NCBI GenBank assembly: GCA_028280915.1
Contig: JANQKX010000147.1
Coordinates: 1 to 35,866 of the forward strand
Length of the DNA: 35,866 bases
Origin: Kiloniellaceae bacterium
GTDB taxonomy: Bacteria; Pseudomonadota; Alphaproteobacteria; Kiloniellales; Kiloniellaceae
Direction: 5' to 3'
In this document: positions 17,909 to 26,065 of the stretch, in pieces
How the letters are laid out: every line of letters starts with the position of its first letter
How positions within the stretch are numbered: the stretch's first letter is position 1
Made by a program: the position numbers and the translations under genes
Notes under the pieces: generated by a model
The model's input: the letters and a program-made list of their open reading frames with translations, nothing else
What the model was told of the DNA's origin: nothing
Database searches by the model: none

Positions 17909-18652
17909 TTGCCTAGAGGGCTATTGGAAGAGGCAAACGTGGTCGAAAATCAAGAAACAATCCCGGATCAGGGGGAACCGGACGGCACTAATGGGTCGGC
18001 AACGGCCGCCATCTCTCCCGACGGACGGCCTCAGTTCGGCGAGCGCTACGTGGTCGCGGCCCGTACCGGCCGGGCCGTCAGCCTCCTGCCGGGGGAGATA
18101 CTGCGCGTCATCAACACCCATGGCACCCAAGTGTGTGATTTTTGGGCCTTTTGTACGGAAGATCCGCGCGAATTTATGTCCATGGAGCATCTGCGGGCCC
18201 AACTGGAGACCATAATCCCCCAGGCCGGGCAGCCCCTTTGCACCAACAGGCGGCGGCCCATCCTCACCTTTATTGAGGATACTTCGCCTGGCATTCACGA
18301 TACCATCATCGCCGCCTGCGACCTGCACCGCTATCACAGTCTGGGCGTGGAAGGTTATCACGATAACTGCACCGATAACCTACGCCTGGCCCTCTTGGCG
18401 ATCGGCCGCCGGGCAAGGGAAATTCCCGCACCCTTCAATCTTTGGATGAACATCCCGGTCGGGCGGGACCACGCAATCGACTGGCTGCCGCCGGTCTCAC
18501 GGGCAGGGGATTATGTGGATTTCCGGGCGGAGCGGCCCTGTATCGCCGTCATGTCCGCCTGTCCGCAGGACATGATCCCGGTCAACGGCAAGGACAACGT
18601 GCCGGTCAACCTCCATTTTGAGGTCTTTGCGGCTGGATCGTTCATCCCCTAA
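17909..18652 (+). CDS. DUF1989 family protein (urea-carboxylase-associated / carboxyguanidine-deiminase-like fold)
   Basis: Core ...GRAVSLLPGEILRVINTHGTQVCDFWAF...MSMEHLRA...RRPILTFIEDTSPGIHDTIIAACD...DNCTDNL...PFNLWMNIP...DYVDFRAE... matches my recollection of DUF1989. The start is uncertain: TTG 17909, or GTG 17939, which has a GGAAGAGG RBS. Confidence 0.7.
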   Translation: MPRGLLEEANVVENQETIPDQGEPDGTNGSATAAISPDGRPQFGERYVVAARTGRAVSLLPGEILRVINTHGTQVCDFWAFCTEDPREFMSMEHLRAQLETIIPQAGQPLCTNRRRPILTFIEDTSPGIHDTIIAACDLHRYHSLGVEGYHDNCTDNLRLALLAIGRRAREIPAPFNLWMNIPVGRDHAIDWLPPVSRAGDYVDFRAERPCIAVMSACPQDMIPVNGKDNVPVNLHFEVFAAGSFIP

Positions 18653-18729
18653 ATCAGGCCAGTTGTCGGTGCGGATGTCCACAGCATGGCCTCGGACCGC
18701 TCGGTGCCGCAAGGGGCAGCATGTCATCC

Positions 18730-19911
18730 CTATGCGGTGTGGGGCTGGGCCTTTCTGCCTTTTGGCAGGATTTTGGCGAACGACCGTTTTATAATTGAGT
18801 TTGTGACCGTCTTTTTCCAGTTTGGATCGCTATCGATCAGGGCCTGCTCGATCGCCGGGGTCAGCATGCCCTTGCCCGTCGAGAACTGGATTTCGAAGTC
18901 GCCGCCCATGTTGACTTCCAAAATCACGGGGCCTTCTTCGCAGATCGCGATATCCCAGGCCTGCAGCCTCAGTCCGGGAATGGTGCTCGAGGCGGAAAGG
19001 CACAGATCCCGCGCTGCCTGCCAATGGGGGATTTGGAAGCCCGTGACGGCTTTGCCGCTATCCGGGTGGTGGGTGACCGCCTCTTGGCGCAGCCCATGGC
19101 GGCGGAAGGCTTGGATGATAACACCCGATTCAGGATCTACATTCGCATCTAGATTGTCCGCATTGGCGAAATGGTCGGTGATGCTATCGCTGGCCGGTAT
19201 TTTCCAGGTCGCATGGGTGATGTGCGGGACGCCGTTGCTCAGAAAGACCACCAGTCGCAAGGAGGCGATACGGTCGCCGCAGATGTCAGCAAGAGCCTTA
19301 TGGGGCATCAATTGCCGTTGGAAAAGGTACCCCTTGACGAATCCTTGGACTGATTCGGCGAAGCTGGCCACGTCTATTCGCCTGCCGAAAGGCTGAATCA
19401 GCTCATCGGTGTCGCTGTCATAGCCGAGCAAGCTGGCGGCACCGATTCCATGACGACTATAAATGGGCTTGCAGAACATGGGGTAAATGTCAGGGTTTCT
19501 GAGGAACGCACAAAGAGATCCCGGGTTCTGCAATCTTAGAAAGTTGCCGGAATGGCGGTAACGGTGATAGACCGCCTTGATCTCGGGAATCGGAAAACCC
19601 ATCCCAGACAACAGAATGTAGCTGGAAAGCTTGTCCGATGATATAGAATACCATGAATGGTTGTTTAATATGCGTGAGATCGGAAACTCCGCCGCCTTGC
19701 CCACGAAGCGCCGTTTGTCGCTCTTGGTGAAACGATTGTCGTCATAGAGCCGGTAAAACACATACTCTTTCGGCGAGATCCGGCCGGGGCCAAATGCCAG
19801 GGCGCCAATCTCAAGGGCTTGACGAAAGACCGATTTGCCCCCGTTCCTGGCATGGTCCTGCATACACGAAATGACTTCCTTGCCCGTCGCGAACGCGCTT
19901 TGCTTTTTCAT
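18730..19911 (-). CDS. ATP-grasp enzyme of the 'sugar-transfer-associated' (ATPgrasp_ST / alpha-L-glutamate-ligase-like) type
   Basis: ...YPMFCKPIYSRHGIGA..., ...NADNLDANVDPESGVI..., ...VTHHPDSGKAVTGFQIPHWQAA..., ...GLRLQAWDIAICEEGPVILEVNMGGDF... fit that family pattern. Codon usage is visibly less GC-biased than in the neighbouring genes. Confidence 0.65.
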   Translation of the reverse strand: MKKQSAFATGKEVISCMQDHARNGGKSVFRQALEIGALAFGPGRISPKEYVFYRLYDDNRFTKSDKRRFVGKAAEFPISRILNNHSWYSISSDKLSSYILLSGMGFPIPEIKAVYHRYRHSGNFLRLQNPGSLCAFLRNPDIYPMFCKPIYSRHGIGAASLLGYDSDTDELIQPFGRRIDVASFAESVQGFVKGYLFQRQLMPHKALADICGDRIASLRLVVFLSNGVPHITHATWKIPASDSITDHFANADNLDANVDPESGVIIQAFRRHGLRQEAVTHHPDSGKAVTGFQIPHWQAARDLCLSASSTIPGLRLQAWDIAICEEGPVILEVNMGGDFEIQFSTGKGMLTPAIEQALIDSDPNWKKTVTNSIIKRSFAKILPKGRKAQPHTA

Positions 19912-20031
19912 ATTCGCACATCCTATTGCTCCGCCTTTTCGGCGCTAGATGCCGTGGCAGGTGGCCAACCGCTTTATGGATTGTGGATGTAGATCCATTA
20001 ATATTGAATATAGAGTGACAATCAAAAAATT

Positions 20032-20167
20032 CTCTGGTCTTTCGACAACCGCCGGTAAGGATCGGCCCTTGCCAAGGTCAAAAATAGCATTTCAATCGGC
20101 CGATCACGGGTTCCCCGTGGGACACCAGGAATAGTAAAGCAAGGCTGACCTCTGGTCTATCGACAAC
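20032..20167. repeat. Two direct copies of an 18-mer, CTCTGGTCT(T/A)TCGACAAC, at 20032-20049 and 20150-20167 (118 bp apart), inside an otherwise unannotated 626-bp intergenic region
   Basis: 17 of 18 positions are identical by direct reading. Each copy is followed by a short GC hairpin. Confidence 0.8.
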
Positions 20168-20169
20168 TT

Positions 20170-20192
20170 GTCCCGATCGGGGACTGCTTTTT
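20170..20192 (+). terminator. Weak Rho-independent-terminator-like hairpin on the plus strand
   Basis: GTCCC-GATCG-GGGAC followed by TGCTTTTT. No annotated plus-strand gene ends here. Confidence 0.3.
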
Positions 20193-20537
20193 ACGCCTGG
20201 CCACTCGTCAGGCGGGTGTCGCCTAGGATGCCGGGTAAATCGCTTGCCCGGTTTGACGGAATGCCGTGAGGACCTTGGGCCGGAAAAAGATTCAAACCGA
20301 GAAAAATGTCCTTTTGCGCATAAATTGCCGGTGCTGTCGGTCCTGGGGCCAGCCAAGGCAGAAAGCCCCGGCCTATTCAGCGGGCAGCGAACCTGTTCTG
20401 CACAAGGCGCCATCGGCGTTTTTTTCGCGGAGGTAGGAAAATCCTGGGCGTTTTTGGGAGCATCAAACCCAATAAGTCAGATGTGGCCGCTCGGGTACGG
20501 AGGCTCGGACTTACGTCAAAGTCCGCTGCGGAACCGG

Positions 20538-21476
20538 CTAAGGACTGGTTGTTGGTGTGAACTCCGTCATGAGGCGATGCAATTCGGATTTTAACTGCGT
20601 GATGAACGTTCGTACCAAATTGGAAGCCGGTTTATGGTTCGGCACCATGATGGAGCTCACCAGGTAAACCGTGGGTCGGAAAGGGCGAAAGACGATTTTC
20701 CCCTGGCTTCCCTTATAAAGCTGGTAGCTCCGGGCCGCCATGGGATCGGCGATGGCGTAGGCCAGACCCCGTTCCACATAGGTCAGCAGGGGGATGAAGT
20801 ACTGCGCCTCGAAGCGGGGATTGAAGACCGCATCCATTTCGGCGAAGGCCGCCTTCGTCTGGGTGAAATTTGGATGCTCCTCATAAAGGGTCGCGATGGG
20901 CCGCCCGGACAGGTCACCTGCCGTGATCACCTGCTTGCCCGCCAAGGGGTCATCGGCCGGCATGGCGCAGAGGCACTCAAAGCGCAGAATGTCGTGGTCC
21001 ACGAGAGGTGATTCGCCGAACCCGGCGAAGCCCACGTCGGCCAGTCCCACGTCGTATTGTTGGACGGCGATCAACTGCTGGACTTGGATGGAACTGCGCG
21101 CGATCAGGGAGACCTTCACCTGGTCGCGATGCTGCACGAACTCGGCGATCAGGTCGGGCAGCAGGAAGGCCGAGGGCCCAGGCATGGAAACCATCTGAAT
21201 GGTGCCTTGATCCAGGTTACGGATGCCTTTCATGGTGCGCTTGGCCGCGTCCAGGCGCCCGAGAATGGCACTCGCTTCCTCGAAGAGATAGTGGGCCTCG
21301 GGCACGGGCAGCAGCCGCCCGCCCTGGCGTTCAAACAGCTTCAGGCCCACCTCGTCTTCCAGGGCGGCGATTTGCGCGCTCACCGCGGGCTGGGTCCGAA
21401 ACAGGTTGCGCGCCGCCTGGGTCACCGAGCCCGTTAACATGACCTCGCGAAAAGTGCTCAACTGCTTGAGATTCAA
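20538..21476 (-). CDS. LysR-family transcriptional regulator
   Basis: (M)NLKQLSTFREVMLTGSVTQAARNLFRTQPAVSAQIAALEDEVGLKLFER is a canonical LTTR HTH. TTG start with a GGGAGG RBS. Divergent from the TAXI-TRAP genes. Confidence 0.9.
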   Translation of the reverse strand: MNLKQLSTFREVMLTGSVTQAARNLFRTQPAVSAQIAALEDEVGLKLFERQGGRLLPVPEAHYLFEEASAILGRLDAAKRTMKGIRNLDQGTIQMVSMPGPSAFLLPDLIAEFVQHRDQVKVSLIARSSIQVQQLIAVQQYDVGLADVGFAGFGESPLVDHDILRFECLCAMPADDPLAGKQVITAGDLSGRPIATLYEEHPNFTQTKAAFAEMDAVFNPRFEAQYFIPLLTYVERGLAYAIADPMAARSYQLYKGSQGKIVFRPFRPTVYLVSSIMVPNHKPASNLVRTFITQLKSELHRLMTEFTPTTSP

Positions 21477-21502
21477 GAATGCCTCCCATATGGCGCCGAC
21501 AT

Positions 21503-21519
21503 CATAAATTAAATCTATG
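21503..21519. promoter_or_regulatory. Candidate LysR box (CATA-N9-TATG, containing T-N11-A) in the divergent promoter region
   Basis: CATAAATTAAATCTATG read directly, 27 bp upstream of the LysR start. A second palindrome, GGCAAT-TC-ATTGCC, lies at 21598-21611. Confidence 0.35.
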
Positions 21520-21539
21520 GATATAGAAGAATTAAAAAT

Positions 21540-21569
21540 TTGAATTTATCGATTTCTCTTTCCTATAAT
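21540..21569 (+). promoter_or_regulatory. Sigma-70-like promoter for the TAXI-TRAP operon
   Basis: TTGAAT (21540-21545), 18-bp spacer, TATAAT (21564-21569), about 90 nt upstream of ATG 21661. Confidence 0.45.
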
Positions 21570-21660
21570 CGGCCTGTTATATTTGGAATTGGTCTCAGGC
21601 AATTCATTGCCGAAGAATGGCGACTAACCAAAATAACGGTAATTCAAGGGAGAGAATAAA

Positions 21661-22674
21661 ATGAATCTCAAGTCTAAGCTTGCGGTTGCGGCGGTCGCGA
21701 CCGTTTTGTTTTCCGGCGCGATCGCTCAAGCGCAAAATCCAACCTTTTTCCGCATCGGCACGGGCAGTGCCGGCGGAACCTACTTCCCCATCGGCGGTAC
21801 CATCGCCAACGGCATTTCCAGCCCGCCCGGTTCGCGGCCTTGCGATGAAGGCGGTCAATGCGGCGTGCCTGGCCTGATTGCCATTGCTCAGTCAACCACG
21901 GCCTCCGTGTCCAACAATGCGGCGGTGCAGAATGGCGAACTGGAAATGGGCATGGCGGCCGCCGATGTGACCCGTTCCATGTACCTGGGCGAGGGCAAAT
22001 TCGATGGCAAGCCCCATGAAAAACTGCGCATTGTCGCCAACCTCTATCCGGAAGATCTTCATTTGGTGCTGCCCGAAGGCAAGACCATCAAGGATTTGAG
22101 CGAACTTGAAGGCAAGCGCGTGGGGATCGCCCAGGCGGGCTCCGGCACCCAGGTCGCCGTGCTGCAGATGTTGGAAGCCTGGGGTATCAACCGCGATAAC
22201 ATCGAAGAAGCCGAGTTGAACAACAGCCAGTCGGCCGAGCGTATGGCCGACGGTCAATTGGACGCCTATTTCTACGCGGCCGGTTGGCCGGTGGCGGCGA
22301 TGGTCCAGTTGGCTTCCACCAAGGGTATGAACCTGCACTCCTTCACCGAGGAAGATCTGCAAAAGATCAACGAGATCATTCCCGCTTATATCCCGTCGAA
22401 GATTCCCGGCGGTGTTTATGAAGGTGTGGAGAATGACTCCCTGACGCCCGCCGTCAGTGCTCTGTTGGTGGTCTCGGCCGACCAGCCCGAAGAACTGGTC
22501 TACGGCATCACCAAAGCCATGTGGAACGATAACACCCGCAAGCTGTTGGACAACGGCCACGCCAAGGGCAAGCAGATCACTTTGGAAACGGCCCTGGATG
22601 GGGTCGAGGCCTTGGGTGTTCCCCTGCATCCCGGTGCCGAAAAGTTCTATAAGGAAGTGGGCGCGATTCAATAA
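21661..22674 (+). CDS. TAXI-family TRAP transporter solute-binding protein
   Basis: Signal peptide, then FFRIGTGSAGGTYFPIGGTIAN..., ...LHLVLPEG..., ...VPLHPGAEKFYKE..., all hallmarks of the TIGR02122-type TAXI receptor. Confidence 0.9.
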   Translation: MNLKSKLAVAAVATVLFSGAIAQAQNPTFFRIGTGSAGGTYFPIGGTIANGISSPPGSRPCDEGGQCGVPGLIAIAQSTTASVSNNAAVQNGELEMGMAAADVTRSMYLGEGKFDGKPHEKLRIVANLYPEDLHLVLPEGKTIKDLSELEGKRVGIAQAGSGTQVAVLQMLEAWGINRDNIEEAELNNSQSAERMADGQLDAYFYAAGWPVAAMVQLASTKGMNLHSFTEEDLQKINEIIPAYIPSKIPGGVYEGVENDSLTPAVSALLVVSADQPEELVYGITKAMWNDNTRKLLDNGHAKGKQITLETALDGVEALGVPLHPGAEKFYKEVGAIQ

Positions 22675-22697
22675 GCCATTCCTCCCTGTAAGAACTA

Positions 22698-22745
22698 CCC
22701 CGGCCGGCATTTTTGTTTTCATATTCCGTTCGATGCCGGCCGGGG
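22698..22745 (+). terminator. Strong intra-operon stem-loop between the TAXI receptor and permease genes
   Basis: Perfect 13-bp inverted repeat CCCCGGCCGGCAT-N22-ATGCCGGCCGGGG, followed by AATCTATTTAAAAAATTT. Confidence 0.5.
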
Positions 22746-22838
22746 AATCTATTTAAAAAATTTGTTTCATTAAGCCATTAAAAAGCGCGATCGGCAGTGA
22801 TTTGCAATCGCCGAGAGCCGTCAGGGGGAGCAGGCTTC

Positions 22839-25073
22839 ATGAGCGACGAGAAATCAGACGACCTTGAGCTAAGCCAAGAAGAACTCAAGGCGATCGAGGA
22901 AAAATACGACGAGGCCGCGGCGACCCGCCCGGTCACCGATCGTATGCACATTTTCCTGCGGGCGGTTGCCATCGCCTTTGCCACCTATGAATTCTTGACC
23001 GCCGGCTTTGCCCTGCCGGCGGAGCATTGGCATATGGGCTGGTTTCTGTCGGGCCTGTTTATCCTGACCTTTGCCTATTTCCCCCTGTTCCGTACCAAAG
23101 ACGCCTTCCAATTGAAACGGGGCGGCCTGCGGATCGGGAACATTCCCTTTTACGACATCATCGCCATCATCCTGGGGGTGGCGTCCTCGCTCTATCTGGG
23201 CATGGCGTGGCACGGTCTGCCCATGTTCGGTATCGAAGAACAAACATTCCGAATGGGCAACCCCAATACCTCGGACTTGTTTTTCGGGGCGGTTCTCATC
23301 GTGCTGGTCTTGGACATTACCCGCCGGACGCTGGGCTGGGTGCTGCCGTTCATTATTTGTATTTTCATGTCCTATGCCCTGTTCGGGCCTTATTTTCCGG
23401 GCATTTTGCAGCACCCGGGTGTGAAGTTTAATACCTTCGTCTCGTCCATGTACTTTCCCCAGGAAGGTATTTTCGGCGTCACCTTGTGGGTCGTCTCCAC
23501 CATCGTGTTCCATTTTGTCCTGTTCGGCGTGATCGCCCAGCGCACGGGACTTGGCCAGTTGTTCATCGACAACGCCACCATTCTCGCCGGCAAGTATACC
23601 GGCGGCCCGGCGAAGGTCTCGGTGGTGTCCTCGGCCTTTTTTGGTACGATTTCCGGTTCTTCCGTCGCCAACACGGTGTCTACGGGCGCCCTGACCATTC
23701 CCAACATGAAACGTCTGGGCTATCCCGGCCGCTTTGCCGGCGGCGTGGAAGCGGCGGCTTCGGCCGGCGGCCAGATCACACCGCCGATCATGGGCGCGGC
23801 GGCCTTCATCATGGCCGAGTTTCTGGAGGTGCCCTATACGACCATCGTCATCGCGGCCATCTTCCCCGCGCTCCTGCACTACGTGGGGGTCTTTACGGTG
23901 GTCCACTTGATGGCCCGCCGCCTCGACCTCAAGGGCATTGCCGCCGACATGCTGCCCAAGTTCAAGGAGGTTTGGAAAGACGGCTGGGCCAACGTGATCC
24001 CGCTGATCGCGCTTCTGGCGGTTTTGTTTTCCGGTTACACGCCCTATATGTCGGCTTTCTGCGGTATCAGCCTGGCCATCATCGTCGGCGCCGCCCGGCG
24101 CAATGTGCCCTGGACCTGGGTTTTTCCCGCCGCCTTCATCGCCTTTGCCCTTTGGAAGTATCAGAATGAAGGTTTCGGTCTGGCCATCACCGCCCTGTTG
24201 GTCGTGGGCTCGTTGATCGGCATCTTCAATCCGCAAAAACGCATGAAGATGCCGGATCTGTTGGGGGCTCTGGAGACCGGTGTCAAGTATGCCCTGGCCG
24301 TCGGCGCGGCCTCGGCCGCCGTGGGTATCGTCGTGGGGGTGATCAACACCACCGGCGTGGGCTTCCGTATCGGTTTCATGGTTACCTCCGGCGCGGCCGC
24401 CATGGCGGAGAATGTCTACTGGTTCTTCCACTACGGTGCCTTCGAGCTGTTTTCGGTTCAAGACCTGCAGCTTTTCCTGTCCCTGGTTTTAATCGCGATC
24501 GCCTGCATTCTGATGGGGGCCGGCATTCCAACCACCGCCCTTTACATCATGCTGGTTTCGGTGGCCCAGCCGGCACTGGCCCAGTTGGGCGTGCCTCCCA
24601 TCGCTTCGCACCTCTTCGTGCTTTACTACGGCGTTGTGGCGGAAATCACGCCGCCGGTTTGTACCTCTGCCTATGCGGCGGCGGCCATCGCCAACTCCAA
24701 CCCGTTTAAAACCGGTATCTCCGCCTTTACACTGGGGCTGGGTAAGATCATCGCGCCCATGGCCTTCGTCTACGCGCCCGTTTTGCTTTTGGTCTCCTCA
24801 ACGGGCTTTGATTTCTGGGAATTCTCCTACGCGGCCACCAGCTGCATATTGGGCGTGGTTGCCTTGTCGGCTTCGGTCGTCGGGTTCTTTTGGGCACCCA
24901 TGGCCTGGTATGAACGGGTCCTTGCCGCCATCGCCGGATTGGTGGCCATTGCCCCGTCCTGGCAATCGGACCTGCTGGCTCTCGCCATCGTGGCGCCGGT
25001 CCTTGTGATACAGCTGATCGCCAAAAAACGAAGAGCCGAGACCCCCGTTGACGCGGCACGTCAGGAGGGCTGA
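22839..25073 (+). CDS. TAXI-type TRAP transporter fused permease (DctQ/DctM-like fusion)
   Basis: About 744-aa polytopic protein immediately downstream of the TAXI receptor. ATG 22839 (MSDEKSDD...) with a GGGGGAG RBS is preferred over the track start at 22797. Confidence 0.9.
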   Translation: MSDEKSDDLELSQEELKAIEEKYDEAAATRPVTDRMHIFLRAVAIAFATYEFLTAGFALPAEHWHMGWFLSGLFILTFAYFPLFRTKDAFQLKRGGLRIGNIPFYDIIAIILGVASSLYLGMAWHGLPMFGIEEQTFRMGNPNTSDLFFGAVLIVLVLDITRRTLGWVLPFIICIFMSYALFGPYFPGILQHPGVKFNTFVSSMYFPQEGIFGVTLWVVSTIVFHFVLFGVIAQRTGLGQLFIDNATILAGKYTGGPAKVSVVSSAFFGTISGSSVANTVSTGALTIPNMKRLGYPGRFAGGVEAAASAGGQITPPIMGAAAFIMAEFLEVPYTTIVIAAIFPALLHYVGVFTVVHLMARRLDLKGIAADMLPKFKEVWKDGWANVIPLIALLAVLFSGYTPYMSAFCGISLAIIVGAARRNVPWTWVFPAAFIAFALWKYQNEGFGLAITALLVVGSLIGIFNPQKRMKMPDLLGALETGVKYALAVGAASAAVGIVVGVINTTGVGFRIGFMVTSGAAAMAENVYWFFHYGAFELFSVQDLQLFLSLVLIAIACILMGAGIPTTALYIMLVSVAQPALAQLGVPPIASHLFVLYYGVVAEITPPVCTSAYAAAAIANSNPFKTGISAFTLGLGKIIAPMAFVYAPVLLLVSSTGFDFWEFSYAATSCILGVVALSASVVGFFWAPMAWYERVLAAIAGLVAIAPSWQSDLLALAIVAPVLVIQLIAKKRRAETPVDAARQEG

Positions 25074-25077
25074 TGCC

Positions 25078-25500
25078 ATGATCGATAAAATTCTCGTCGC
25101 GATTGACCTGGAAGACACGACGCTCGCTGACCGCATCCTGGCCATCGCCTCGGACTTTGCCAAGCTGCAAGGGGCCCAGGTGACCCTGGTCTATGTGGCG
25201 AGCGATATTGCGCCCGCCGCCGCCATCCAGTTGCCGGCGGATTATCGGGAAAAGACCTCGTCAAAGGTCTCCCATCAGCTCAGCCAGTGGGTCGGGAAAC
25301 TGGATTTGCCCGCCAGCGACGCAGATGCCGTGGTGCGTTTCGGCTCGGTCTATCGGGAGATTTTGGCCCAGGCAAAGGCCGATAAGTCGGACCTCATCGT
25401 GATCGGCTGCCACAAGCCGGACCTGGCCGACTATCTGCTGGGCCCCAATGCGGCGCGGGTGATGCGTCACGCGACCTGTTCCGTCTTTGTCGTGCGCTAG
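25078..25500 (+). CDS. Universal stress protein (UspA family)
   Basis: MIDKILVAIDL... and ...DLIVIGCHK...LGPNAARVMRHATCSVFVVR, typical Usp motifs. Starts 4 nt after the TRAP permease stop. Confidence 0.85.
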   Translation: MIDKILVAIDLEDTTLADRILAIASDFAKLQGAQVTLVYVASDIAPAAAIQLPADYREKTSSKVSHQLSQWVGKLDLPASDADAVVRFGSVYREILAQAKADKSDLIVIGCHKPDLADYLLGPNAARVMRHATCSVFVVR

Positions 25501-25587
25501 GTCCTTTCTGTTGCGGCCGAGGTACGGAGGTCCGGTTCAAAGGGAAAAGCCGGTGTGCAGATTTCAAGACCACAGGGGAGGGAGTTC

Positions 25588-26028
25588 ATGAAACGGACGT
25601 TTGCCGCTCTGGCTCTTGCCATGGGGCTGGCCTTGCCGGCCTGGGCGCAAACTCTTTCGGAGATTCAGACCTTGGCGGAACAGGGCAACGCCCCGGCCCA
25701 GTTTGCGCTGGGCACCTTGTATCGCGATGGGCAAGGCGTGGACCAGGATCTGACGCAAACCCTCAAGTGGTGGGAAAGGGCGGCGGAACTTGGTCATGGC
25801 GATGCCCAATATGCCTTGGGCAACATCTATTCCGGCGGTTACGGGATCGAGCGTGACTATGTCCTATCCTACATGTGGTTCGACATTGCCGCCGGCCAGG
25901 CGGAGTCCCCCTTGTTGGCCCCCATCGCCCAAAGCAACCGCGATGTCCTGGTGGACCGCATGACCGCCGAAGAGATCGCCGAGGCCAAGCAGAAATCCAC
26001 CGAGTGGATCGCGAGGCACGGTAAGTGA
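25588..26028 (+). CDS. Secreted Sel1-repeat (SLR/TPR-like) protein
   Basis: Signal peptide MKRTFAALALAMGLALPAWA. Repeats AEQGNAPAQFALGTLYRDGQGVDQD / AAELGHGDAQYALGNIYSGGYGIERD. Confidence 0.8.
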   Translation: MKRTFAALALAMGLALPAWAQTLSEIQTLAEQGNAPAQFALGTLYRDGQGVDQDLTQTLKWWERAAELGHGDAQYALGNIYSGGYGIERDYVLSYMWFDIAAGQAESPLLAPIAQSNRDVLVDRMTAEEIAEAKQKSTEWIARHGK

Positions 26029-26065
26029 CGGTCCTTCAGGATGCTGTTTTCGGGAGCCCCGCCCC

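Noticed and set aside
19949-20134. 61-aa plus-strand ORF divergent from the ATP-grasp gene, ending 35 nt before the terminator-like hairpin. I considered it as a possible small protein or RiPP-type precursor.
   Set aside because: It has no Shine-Dalgarno sequence and a random-looking sequence with no hydrophobic or repeat pattern. The ATP-grasp type here is not the graspetide-ligase type. It is kept only as context in the 18730-20537 finding. The overlapping 111-aa (20078..20413, minus) and 116-aa (20244..20594, plus) ORFs are likewise Arg/Pro/Ser-rich and unconvincing.
22869-24461. 530-aa minus-strand ORF, the longest antisense ORF in the window
   Set aside because: It lies wholly antisense to the TRAP fused-permease gene. 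Its composition is extremely Gly/Arg/Asp/His-rich and it has no motif. This is a typical high-GC shadow frame.
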